Assembly (NCBI GenBank): GCA_017543905.1
Contig: JAFYFC010000040.1
Coordinates: 114,824 to 178,823 of the forward strand
Reading direction: 5' to 3'
DNA from: Clostridia bacterium
GTDB taxonomy: Bacteria; Bacillota; Clostridia; Christensenellales; Aristaeellaceae
DNA: 64,000 nt
In this document: positions 1 to 7,689 of the stretch, piece after piece
How positions within the stretch are numbered: the first letter of the stretch is position 1
Layout: every line of letters begins with the position of its first letter
Notes under the pieces: generated by a model
What the model saw: the letters and a program-made list of their open reading frames with translations, nothing else
The model's database searches: none
What the model was told of the DNA's origin: nothing
Position numbers and translations under genes: made by a program

Positions 1-427
1 GCGAGAAGCACGCCATATGCGCGTCAGGCGAAATGACGCCGAGCTCGGTCAGCGGTCTTACCAGCGCGATAAAGCCGCTTGCGTGACAGCCCGGATTTGC
101 TACGCGCTTTGACGCGGCGATTTTTTCGCGCTGTGCGCGGATTTCGGGGAAGCCGTACGTCCACGCCTCGTCCGTTCTGTGTGCGGTGGAGGCGTCTATC
201 ACGCGCACCGCGGGGTTTTTGACAAGGCTCGCGCTTTCCCGCGCCGCGTCGTCCGGCAGGCACAGAAATACGATGTCCGCGTCGTTTATCGCCTGTGCGC
301 GGGCAGAGGTATCCCGGCGCAGATCGTCCGTAATGGAAATCAGCTTAATGTCCGCACGAGAGCTCAGGCGTTCTCTTATTCTGAGCCCGGTAGTGCCGCT
401 GCTGCCGTCAATAAAAACCGTATACAT
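1..427 (-). CDS. argC: N-acetyl-gamma-glutamyl-phosphate reductase, N-terminal part (C-terminus runs off the window edge)
   Basis: Absent from the ORF track because it is open at the window edge. My translation of the minus strand from ATG 427-425 gives MYTVFIDGSSGTTGLRIRERLSSRADIKLISITDD...KRVANPGCHASGFIALVRPL. It has a Rossmann-type G-rich start and the NPGC(H/Y)A active-site Cys motif typical of ArgC. Confidence 0.75.
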   Translation of the reverse strand, partial: MYTVFIDGSSGTTGLRIRERLSSRADIKLISITDDLRRDTSARAQAINDADIVFLCLPDDAARESASLVKNPAVRVIDASTAHRTDEAWTYGFPEIRAQREKIAASKRVANPGCHASGFIALVRPLTELGVISPDAHMACFS

Positions 428-477
428 TTTTGCTCCGACTTAACAATGTATTTTTATGCGAACGATTATACGCCTTT

Positions 478-516
478 TATGCATAAAAGTCAATTTATAT
501 TTGTATTTATTCATTG
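478..516. promoter_or_regulatory. Candidate tandem ARG boxes (ArgR/AhrC operator-like) upstream of argC
   Basis: TTATGCATAAAAGTCAAT (478-495) and the reverse complement of TTTGTATTTATTCATTG (500-516, CAATGAATAAATACAAA) both resemble the AT-rich TGAATAAAAATTCA-type ARG box. Matched by eye only. Confidence 0.3.
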
Positions 517-589
517 TTAAGGCATTTTTATACATTTCGCCCCCATGCCTGCGCGCGGCGTTAAATGCATGTGACGAGCGTCAAAGCAG

Positions 590-618
590 TTGACAACAAA
601 TCCGTAAAGTGGTAAGAT
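590..618 (+). promoter_or_regulatory. Sigma-A type promoter TTGACA-17-TAAGAT with TGn extended -10
   Basis: -35 TTGACA at 590-595, 17-nt spacer, TGG then TAAGAT at 613-618, placed just upstream of the T-box leader. Confidence 0.55.
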
Positions 619-624
619 GCTTAT

Positions 625-866
625 AATTAAATACAGATGCGATGAGGGAGAGAGTCCGGACAGAAGCGTGTTCAGAGAGACGCCGGTGGGTGCAAGGCGT
701 TCGCGCGGAGAAGGACCGTAGCTCCTTAGCAGAGGGAAGAAAGCCCTGAGGCAAGTAGAACCCTCCGTCAGCCCGCGCAGGGGCAAAACAAGCGCATTCC
801 TTCGGGAGTGAATTTGAGTGGTACCGCGGTATATCCGTCTCAAAGCCTTGCTTTGGGGCGTTTTTA
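625..866 (+). promoter_or_regulatory. T-box riboswitch leader (tRNA-sensing transcription attenuator)
   Basis: Stem I GA/K-turn motif TGCGATGAG (638-646). AGAGAG bulge (674-679) and distal loop GGTGGGTGCAA (685-695) closed by ACGCC/GGCGT. Specifier-loop 3' side GAAGGACCGTAG (710-721). Conserved T-box AATTTGAGTGGTACCGCGG (811-829). The antiterminator TTTGAG/CTCAAA with a TGGT bulge competes with the terminator. Confidence 0.8.
836..866 (+). terminator. Intrinsic terminator of the T-box leader
   Basis: CGTCTCAAAG (836-845) pairs with CTTTGGGGCG (851-860) over 10 bp including two G-U pairs, loop CCTTG, then TTTTTATTT. The 5' arm overlaps the 3' strand of the antiterminator. Confidence 0.7.
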
Positions 867-884
867 TTTGCTGGAGGCGTAAAT

Positions 885-3203
885 ATGGCAATAACGACAG
901 GTCTTGAATACAAGCTTAAGGAGATGTCGGGGCGCATAAAAGAGCTGCGCGAGATAGAGAACATATCCATAGAGGATATGGCGCTGAAAACCGGCGTGAG
1001 CCTTGAGGAGTACATAAGCTGCGAGGAAGGCAAAAGCGATCTGAACTTCGCGTTCATATATCGCTGCGCGCTGGTGCTGGGCGTGGACGTGACCGATATC
1101 ATCGAGGGCGCGAGCCCGCGTCTGTCGTCGTACACCGTGACGCGCCGCGGCGCCGGACAGCGCATAGAGCAGGCGCACGGCATGGTTTATTATAACCTCG
1201 CCTCGCAGTTCAAAAACCGTATCGCCGAGCCGCTGTACGTAAACGCCGCCTACAGCGAGGAAGCGCAGTACAGGGATATCGAGCTGACCTCCCACGCCGG
1301 GCAGGAATGCGATATTATCATAAAGGGCAAGCTCAAGGTGCAGGTCGGCACGCACTGGGAGATACTCGAAGAGGGCGACAGCATCTATTACGACTCCTCT
1401 TCCCCGCACGGCATGATCGCCGTGGGCGGAGAGGACTGCCTGTTCTACGCGATCGTGCTCAATCCCAGCGGCGAGCCCGTGCCGGAGCTGACCGAGAACT
1501 ATTCCATGACGCTGCCCAAGCAGGCTGAAATCCAGGCCGTGAAGCCGACTGTGCCCGCGCGCGAGCATATCTGGCAGCGCTATATAGACGTCGAGGAAAA
1601 TCCGGACGGCTCCTGCAGGAGCATATCTTTCAAAAATACCGAGCATTTCAATTTCGCCTTCGACGTGGTGGACGAGATGGCGCGCCTGTATCCGGACAAG
1701 CTCGCGATGCTGCACATTTCACGCGACAAAACCGAACGCCGCTTTACCTTCGCCGACATGTCGCGCCTGTCCAACCGGGCGGCCAATTATTTCAAATCCC
1801 TCGGCATACGCAAGGGCGACCGCGTGCTGATGATGCTCAGGCGGCACTATCAGTTCTGGATAGCGATGCTCGCGCTTAATAAAATCGGCGCGGTAGGCAT
1901 ACTCGCCACCAACCAGCTGCTCAAAAAGGACCTCGTTTACCGCTTCGAAAAAGCGGGAGTTACGGCGGTGCTGTGCACCTCTACCGGCGACTGCGCCAAT
2001 CAGGTGGAGCAGGCGGCAGCGGAATGCCCGAACGTACGCACGCTGATACTCGTAGACGGCGAGCGCGAGGGCTGGCATAATTTCGACGAGGAATACCGGA
2101 TGTTCCGTTCCACGTACACTCCTGCCAAGGGCGATACCCGTCCCGAAGGCGAGGACCTGCTGCTTATGGTGTTCACCTCCGGCACGACCGGCTATCCCAA
2201 GATCGCGACTCACACGCACACTTATCCTCTCGGGCACTTCTATACCGCGCATTACTGGCACTGCGTCGATCCCGAGGGGCTGCATCTTACGATTTCGGAC
2301 ACCGGCTGGGCGAAGAGCATGTGGGGCAAGCTGTACGGTCAGTGGCTGAGCGAGGGCGCGATATTCGTATACGATTTCGACCGTTTCGACGCGAACGACA
2401 TACTGCCGATGTTCAAAAAATACAACGTCACCACCTTCTGCGCTCCGCCCACGATGTACCGCTTCATGATAAAGGAGGACCTGGCCAGGTTCGATCTATC
2501 CAGCATAAAGCACGCGACCATAGCGGGCGAGGCGCTGAACCCCGAGGTGTTCAACCAGTTCAAAAAGGCGACCGGGCTTTCGGTTATGGAGGGCTTTGGT
2601 CAGAGCGAAACCACGGTAATGATCGCAAACTCCGTCGGCATGACGCCGAAGGTCGGCTCCATGGGCAAGCCCGTGCCGCAGTATGACGTGGATATAGTCG
2701 ACGCGGACGGCAAAAGCGTGGGCGTAGGCGAAACAGGCGAGATAGTGATACGCGTTTCAGGCGGACTGCCCTGCGGATTGTGCCGCGGCTATTACGACAA
2801 CGAGCTCGGCAAGCCGCTGCTCGACGTCCACGACGGGCTGTATCACACCGGCGATACCGCCTGGCGCGACGAGGACGGCTATTTCTGGTATGTAGGCCGC
2901 GTGGACGACGTCATCAAGTCCTCCGGCTACAGGATCGGCCCGTTCGAAATAGAAAACGTTATTATGGAGCTGCCCTACGTGCTCGAATGCGGCGTCTCAG
3001 CCGCGCCGGACGAAATACGCGGGCAGGTCGTCAAGGCAAGCATAGTGCTCACCAAGGGCACGCAGGCAAGCGAAGAGCTCAAAAAGGAAATACAGAATTA
3101 CGTAAAGCACCGCACCGCGCCCTACAAATACCCGCGCATAGTCGTATTCAGGGACGAGCTTCCCAAGACCACGAGCGGAAAAATCATACGAAAACAGCTG
3201 TAA
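885..3203 (+). CDS. Fusion protein: XRE-family HTH + cupin domain + AMP-dependent (acyl-CoA) synthetase
   Basis: 772 aa, RBS GGAGG 7 nt upstream. N-terminal HTH_3-like segment (IEDMALKTGVSLEEYISCEEGK), cupin (HAGQECDIIIKGKLKVQVG...SPHGM), AMP-binding motif FTSGTTGYPK, then YHTGD...GRVDDVIKSSGYRIGPFEIE and a terminal LPKTTSGKIIR. Confidence 0.85.
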   Translation: MAITTGLEYKLKEMSGRIKELREIENISIEDMALKTGVSLEEYISCEEGKSDLNFAFIYRCALVLGVDVTDIIEGASPRLSSYTVTRRGAGQRIEQAHGMVYYNLASQFKNRIAEPLYVNAAYSEEAQYRDIELTSHAGQECDIIIKGKLKVQVGTHWEILEEGDSIYYDSSSPHGMIAVGGEDCLFYAIVLNPSGEPVPELTENYSMTLPKQAEIQAVKPTVPAREHIWQRYIDVEENPDGSCRSISFKNTEHFNFAFDVVDEMARLYPDKLAMLHISRDKTERRFTFADMSRLSNRAANYFKSLGIRKGDRVLMMLRRHYQFWIAMLALNKIGAVGILATNQLLKKDLVYRFEKAGVTAVLCTSTGDCANQVEQAAAECPNVRTLILVDGEREGWHNFDEEYRMFRSTYTPAKGDTRPEGEDLLLMVFTSGTTGYPKIATHTHTYPLGHFYTAHYWHCVDPEGLHLTISDTGWAKSMWGKLYGQWLSEGAIFVYDFDRFDANDILPMFKKYNVTTFCAPPTMYRFMIKEDLARFDLSSIKHATIAGEALNPEVFNQFKKATGLSVMEGFGQSETTVMIANSVGMTPKVGSMGKPVPQYDVDIVDADGKSVGVGETGEIVIRVSGGLPCGLCRGYYDNELGKPLLDVHDGLYHTGDTAWRDEDGYFWYVGRVDDVIKSSGYRIGPFEIENVIMELPYVLECGVSAAPDEIRGQVVKASIVLTKGTQASEELKKEIQNYVKHRTAPYKYPRIVVFRDELPKTTSGKIIRKQL

Positions 3204-3221
3204 GCGATCAGTTTATAACAG

Positions 3222-3262
3222 AAAACTCCACGGCTTGCGCTTCGCGTACCGTGGAGTTTTTT
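3222..3262 (+). terminator. Intrinsic terminator after the synthetase gene
   Basis: AAAACTCCACGG (3222-3233) pairs with CCGTGGAGTTTT (3249-3260), followed by further T residues. Confidence 0.75.
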
Positions 3263-3292
3263 ACTGCATATCCTGTAGGCGTGAATTTTATA

Positions 3293-3321
3293 TTGATTAA
3301 TCGACGGCAAAATGCTATACT
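3293..3321 (+). promoter_or_regulatory. Promoter TTGATT-17-TATACT
   Basis: Hexamers at 3293-3298 and 3316-3321, 34 nt upstream of the ATG at 3355. Confidence 0.5.
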
Positions 3322-3354
3322 TTAAGCAGCAGTTAAGGTTGGGAGGCTTGCCGT

Positions 3355-4260
3355 ATGTTCGATATTTCCATAGGTACGATCGTTCCCGTGCGTTGCGCCG
3401 CAGATATGATTCCCATACTTGAGCCCAAGGGGTTCGAATGCTTCGAGCTCGACTTCTTGGGCGAAAACCCTGCGCAACTCGACTGGAGCCGCCTTTCGGA
3501 CAGCATTAACTCGAAGCTGCAGGGCGCGCGCATTTCAGCGCTCGGGTTTTACGCAAATCCTATACTTCGGGAAGAGGACAGGAATAATCTCACGGTCATG
3601 ATAAAAAACGCGCGCCGGTTCGGCTGCAATGTAATAGGAGCTTTCGCGGGCGGAGACCCCGAAAAGTCAGTGCCGGAAAATATACCGGATTTCAAGCGTG
3701 TCTGGACGCCGTTAGTGCAAATGGCGGAGGACGAAGGCGTAAAGATCGGACTTGAGGGCTGCGGGGGCGGCTGGCGTCACGGAAGCAGGAACATAGGCTT
3801 CTGTTCGGACGCGTGGGAGCTAATACTTGACGCCGTGCAATCGCCCGCACTCGGTCTGGAATGGGAGCCCTGCCACGCACTGGAAAAGCTTGCCGACCCG
3901 ATCATACAGCTGCGCAGATGGGCTGACAAAGTCGTGCATGTGCATGGCAAGGACGGAACCGTCGCCTGGGACGTGATCGCAGAGCACGGCATAGACAGCG
4001 GAGCGATCTACTGCTGGAACCGCACGCCCGGCTTCGGCGATACGAACTGGGCAGACCTGTTCACGATACTGCTGCAGAGCGGCTTCAGGGGCGCGTGCGA
4101 TATCGAAGGGTATCACGACCCTGTTCATTTGGACGATATGGAATGGTCGGCGCAATTGACAGCGCTGGATTATCTGAAACGCTGCCGCGGCGGCGTAAGC
4201 TGGTTCGACGGGCCGGAATACAAGGGCTATGCCAAGCGCATACGAAAGGCGCATATCTGA
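3355..4260 (+). CDS. Sugar phosphate isomerase/epimerase (xylose-isomerase-like TIM barrel, AP endonuclease 2 superfamily)
   Basis: 301 aa, RBS GGGAGG. Family-like blocks GLEGCGG, LEWEPCH, VVHVHGKDG. Confidence 0.6.
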   Translation: MFDISIGTIVPVRCAADMIPILEPKGFECFELDFLGENPAQLDWSRLSDSINSKLQGARISALGFYANPILREEDRNNLTVMIKNARRFGCNVIGAFAGGDPEKSVPENIPDFKRVWTPLVQMAEDEGVKIGLEGCGGGWRHGSRNIGFCSDAWELILDAVQSPALGLEWEPCHALEKLADPIIQLRRWADKVVHVHGKDGTVAWDVIAEHGIDSGAIYCWNRTPGFGDTNWADLFTILLQSGFRGACDIEGYHDPVHLDDMEWSAQLTALDYLKRCRGGVSWFDGPEYKGYAKRIRKAHI

Positions 4261-4484
4261 CGCGCAGACTCAGCCGGCAGGATGCGCCGACAGCACTGAA
4301 AACACGGTTGGACAAGCGGCGGCGCGTCGCATAAGAGTACGTCTTGCAAACCGCGCGAAAGCTGACAGCTTGCCGTCAAAAATCCACGAGACAGATTCCT
4401 GTCGTGATATGGCGGAAGCTTCCTTTGAGCTCATGGCTTTTGACGCGAGCCGTCAGCAGCTTTCCCGCTTTGCGGTTCCGCTAT

Positions 4485-5162
4485 TCAGGGCACGTCCTGC
4501 CACATGACGATCAGCGTGCCGTCTCCGACCGACAGCTCGGCTGCGTCTGCGTCTGACGCGAAGAAGTTTGAAACGCCCAGCGGGAATTCGGGCGTGAGCA
4601 CGGCATGCTCCAAGGTATAAAGCGCCCCCCGCACGCACACGTCTTTTGCGTCTCCTCCGAAGGCAAACACCGCAAGGCGCGGTTCGTCCTCGGGCGTCCC
4701 GGCAGGCGCTGCGTTCGTGCCCGGCTTAAGCAGCGTCATTTCGCCGTTATGCAGCGCGGTGACCGCCAGTTTGTCGCAGTACATGATTACGCGGCGGCCG
4801 CGCGCGGCGTGATACGCGAGCATCTGTACATTTGCAAGCGTGTGATCGAAGCGCCCGCCGGCGCCTGCATACAGGCGTATGTCGTCAAAGCCGCGCCGCA
4901 CCGCTGTATCGAGCGCCGCCCATGTATCCGTTACGTCCTTGTGCACCGGCAGACGCTCGATTTCCGCCTGCGTTTCAGGGCGCGGCGCGGAGTCGAAATC
5001 CCCCACGAGCAGATCGTAGCGTATGCCCTGTTCGTCGCAGTAACGCCAGCCTGCGTCTGCCGCGATCACAAAATCGTCCGGCTGCACGTCTATTTTTCTG
5101 CCGAACAGCTCGCCCGCCGCAACCACGACGCAGCGGCGTTTTAAAACGGCTTGCTTATTCAT
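4485..5162 (-). CDS. thiN: Thiamine diphosphokinase
   Basis: 225 aa: VVAAGE..VIAADAG..LLVGDFDS..KDVTDTWAAL..YAGAGGRFDHTLANVQML, the typical TPK catalytic and B1-binding layout. Confidence 0.8.
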   Translation of the reverse strand: MNKQAVLKRRCVVVAAGELFGRKIDVQPDDFVIAADAGWRYCDEQGIRYDLLVGDFDSAPRPETQAEIERLPVHKDVTDTWAALDTAVRRGFDDIRLYAGAGGRFDHTLANVQMLAYHAARGRRVIMYCDKLAVTALHNGEMTLLKPGTNAAPAGTPEDEPRLAVFAFGGDAKDVCVRGALYTLEHAVLTPEFPLGVSNFFASDADAAELSVGDGTLIVMWQDVP

Positions 5163-5208
5163 ATATCCATGTGCATGAAAGCTGGGGCCGCCTGACAGCC
5201 CCAGCTGT

Positions 5209-5610
5209 TCATATATTAATCGTCTCAGGCGCGCTGACGAAGGAGCTGAAGGTCGCCGTGGCGTTTTTAAAATACAGCACCTGCGTGTTGTCGTCGTCGG
5301 CGGAATACATGCCCTTCAGCGACGGATGCTTGTCCAGCATGGCCTGCTTTACTTCACGGCGGTCGTCGTTTATCAGCTCGCCCGTCACGCGCAGCCATTT
5401 GCCGCCGCTGAAGGCGCAGATTTCGGCTTTGGGATTGAGCGCGAGCTGTTTGGATACGTTTTTGACCTTACCCGTCTGTATGTACAGCCTGCCCTCATAA
5501 ACCAGCGCCGTACCGAAGGGACGCACCCTTGGCTGATCGCCCTCGACCGTAGCCAGATAGTATGTCTGCGCCTCCTCTAAAAAACTGCACACTCTTTCGA
5601 TATCGCTCAT
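5209..5610 (-). CDS. Pyridoxamine 5'-phosphate oxidase family (FMN-binding split barrel) protein
   Basis: The track ORF is 5209..5724. I prefer the internal ATG at 5610 (MSDIERVCSFLEEAQTYYLATVEGDQPRVRPFG...) because AAAGGAGAAATACC precedes it. 133 aa. Confidence 0.7.
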   Translation of the reverse strand: MSDIERVCSFLEEAQTYYLATVEGDQPRVRPFGTALVYEGRLYIQTGKVKNVSKQLALNPKAEICAFSGGKWLRVTGELINDDRREVKQAMLDKHPSLKGMYSADDDNTQVLYFKNATATFSSFVSAPETINI

Positions 5611-5758
5611 GGTATTTCTCCTTTCGCCTGCGCGTATGCCGCGCAGGAACGCTTTGTTATCATCATACTCCCGCGGCAGCCGGGTGTCAATACACGCGTA
5701 CAAATATTTTGCGCAGTCATGCAAGCCAAATCATACCGCCTGCGCAACGCATATAAGG

Positions 5759-5792
5759 AAACAGCACCGGGACCTGCGTCCTGATGCTGTTT
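5759..5792 (-). terminator. Hairpin immediately 3' of tRNA-Ser (possible terminator)
   Basis: Minus-strand AAACAGCATC/GGTGCTGTTT, 10 bp with one G-U, starting 4 nt after the tRNA 3' end. The U residues lie inside the stem, so the U-tract is weak. Confidence 0.4.
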
Positions 5793-5795
5793 TCA

Positions 5796-5885
5796 CGGAG
5801 AAGGAGGGATTCGAACCCTCGAACGGATTTTGGCCGTTACACGATTTCCAGTCGTGCGCCCTCGACCAAGCTAGGCGACTTCTCC
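5796..5885 (-). tRNA. tRNA-Ser (anticodon GGA)
   Basis: Hand-folded. Acceptor GGAGAAG/CTTCTCC plus discriminator G; anticodon stem CACGA/TCGTG with loop CTGGAAA; long variable arm AACGG/CCGTT; T-arm GAGGG-TTCGAAT-CCCTC. CCA is not encoded. Confidence 0.9.
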
Positions 5886-5922
5886 GCATGGCCGAAAGTA
5901 GAGCTGCTGCTCAACAGGCGAT

Positions 5923-5951
5923 ATTATAACAGAAGACTCTCCCTAATGCAA
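5923..5951 (-). promoter_or_regulatory. Promoter TTGCAT-17-TATAAT for tRNA-Ser
   Basis: Minus-strand hexamers at 5951-5946 and 5928-5923, about 38 nt upstream of the mature tRNA 5' end. Confidence 0.6.
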
Positions 5952-6069
5952 GTATCCGCGCACGATTTTTCATTAAAATTACACGCCTTTCGGCGCTTTA
6001 CTTAGCTGCCTTTCTCATTCCGGCTCAAACTGCGCTTCTTTTTGAGGTCAATTTGCGAGCCCGTTCGGT

Positions 6070-6585
6070 TCACGCTTTCCAGACGCTCTTGCTGATTTCG
6101 TAAACCCCGCCGTGGTACACGCTCTTTCCGGTAAAGACAGTCTGAAACCCGCTTTTTTCCAGAACCCGACCGGACGCGGTGTTCTCCAAAAGGCGGATAC
6201 CGTATACCTCTGTCGCGGCGACCTGTTTCGTTATCACCGGAAGAAACGCTGTCACCGCCTCTGTCGCATAGCCCTTTTTCGTGAAAGCTTTAGCTATATG
6301 GTATCCGATCTCCCAATTACCGTTTTCGAGATGTACCAGCTGAACGTAGCCGATGTTTTTGTGTTCGTCTTTCGTGATAAGCGCGTAGACCAGCGGGCCG
6401 TCCGCGGTGCCGTAACGGGATATCAGGAATTCCAGCGTCTGTTTTGCGTGTTCCGGCGTTTTGAATACTTCGTCGGGTACGAATCTTTTTATGTCTTCAT
6501 CCAAAGAATTCTTATAGACGTCCGCCGCCATGTCCGTCGTCATTTCGGTTATGAGCAATCTGTCTGTTTCTGTCAATACGCTCAC
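6070..6585 (-). CDS. GNAT family N-acetyltransferase (RimJ/RimL-like)
   Basis: 171 aa, GTG start. WEIGYHIAKAFTKKGYATEAV is an acetyl-CoA binding block typical of Acetyltransf_3. Confidence 0.75.
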   Translation of the reverse strand: MSVLTETDRLLITEMTTDMAADVYKNSLDEDIKRFVPDEVFKTPEHAKQTLEFLISRYGTADGPLVYALITKDEHKNIGYVQLVHLENGNWEIGYHIAKAFTKKGYATEAVTAFLPVITKQVAATEVYGIRLLENTASGRVLEKSGFQTVFTGKSVYHGGVYEISKSVWKA

Positions 6586-6858
6586 GGCTTTTCTCTCTTA
6601 GATATAGTTTTCACGCAGCCAGCTTACAGTCTTTCGCATGGAGGCTCTCGGTCGCCGCCGTCAAAGTGTCGCTTCTTATCGTCACACTGCTAAGCCCGCG
6701 CAGTACGTAAAGAGCGGAGCAAGGATAAATGCACCGTCTTCAGAAGCCGCGGACTTTAGCGCCTGGACGAGCAGTTGAGGAACGCTGTATAAGCGGACTT
6801 TCCGGCGGCAGATTTGGCGGCAAGCAGCGTGCTAACGCGCCTGTCACGGTGTCTGCGC

Positions 6859-7689
6859 TTATTCGCCGTTCCCGGCGTTCAGAAAGCCCTTTACGGCCAG
6901 CCAATCCATCGAGCGCTCTATAGCCGCGCTTTCGAGCGTCAAGGTCACGTCGTCTTTCCGCTCACGCAGCGTTTTGAGTATGCCTTCAACATCTATCACG
7001 CCGTCGTCGAGAGCCGAGTGCGTATCCGCCGCTGCGGGGAATTCCGCTGCGGCAGTGCCCTTGTTGTTGTGTATATGCAGATGGGACAGGTACGGCATTT
7101 CCTGTTCAAGCCAGATTTCCGGCGCGGTCTTCGAGAGATTTGCGTGGCCTATGTCGAGGCACAGGCGCAGTCTCGCGTCGTCTACACGCGTTACTATATC
7201 CGTAAGCAGCGCGGGCTCAGACTCCATCACGTTTTCGATACAAATCACCGTATCGCCTTCATGCTTGTTCAGAAAACGCTTCCAGAACTCGACCTGCCTG
7301 TTTACGAACCATAAGGGATGGTACAAGGCAGACACGAAGTTTGCGTGCACCACCATTTTTTCAAGACCGAAGCGGGTGCATATCCCGTAAGCTGACGCGT
7401 ACTGCCTTTCCGCCACGCGCATTACCTCCGGCTCTATCGCATGCGGATAAAGCTCGTTGTACGGCGCGTGCATAATACAGGGCAAGCCGCTTTTCACGTT
7501 CAGGTCAAAAAACGGGAACTCCCCTCTCTCATATGCGGCAAGGTTGCCCGCTATGCAGAGATCCGCAAGCTCGAGCCCCACGCCGTATTTTCTTGCGAGC
7601 GGCGCGGTTATCTGTTTGTAGCCAAGCTCGATGTGGTTTTCGTCTTCCTCGTAAACCACGTCCGTTATGGTAGAAATAAAGTATCTCAT
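6859..7689 (-). CDS. Xylose-isomerase-like TIM barrel / AP endonuclease 2 family protein (possible CbiR-like phosphodiesterase)
   Basis: 276 aa with blocks MHAPY, MVVHAN, ICIENV, CLDIGHAN, HIHNN..DTH. Its ATG overlaps the stop of the upstream gene (ATGA at 7686-7689). Confidence 0.65.
   Translation of the reverse strand: MRYFISTITDVVYEEDENHIELGYKQITAPLARKYGVGLELADLCIAGNLAAYERGEFPFFDLNVKSGLPCIMHAPYNELYPHAIEPEVMRVAERQYASAYGICTRFGLEKMVVHANFVSALYHPLWFVNRQVEFWKRFLNKHEGDTVICIENVMESEPALLTDIVTRVDDARLRLCLDIGHANLSKTAPEIWLEQEMPYLSHLHIHNNKGTAAAEFPAAADTHSALDDGVIDVEGILKTLRERKDDVTLTLESAAIERSMDWLAVKGFLNAGNGE

Noticed and set aside
5180-5206. Hairpin AGCTGGGGC...GCCCCAGCT between the PNPOx-family gene and thiN as an intrinsic terminator
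   Set aside because: A 9-bp stem is present, but the downstream U-tract on the minus strand is only TTTC. That is too weak to call, and the two genes may be co-transcribed.
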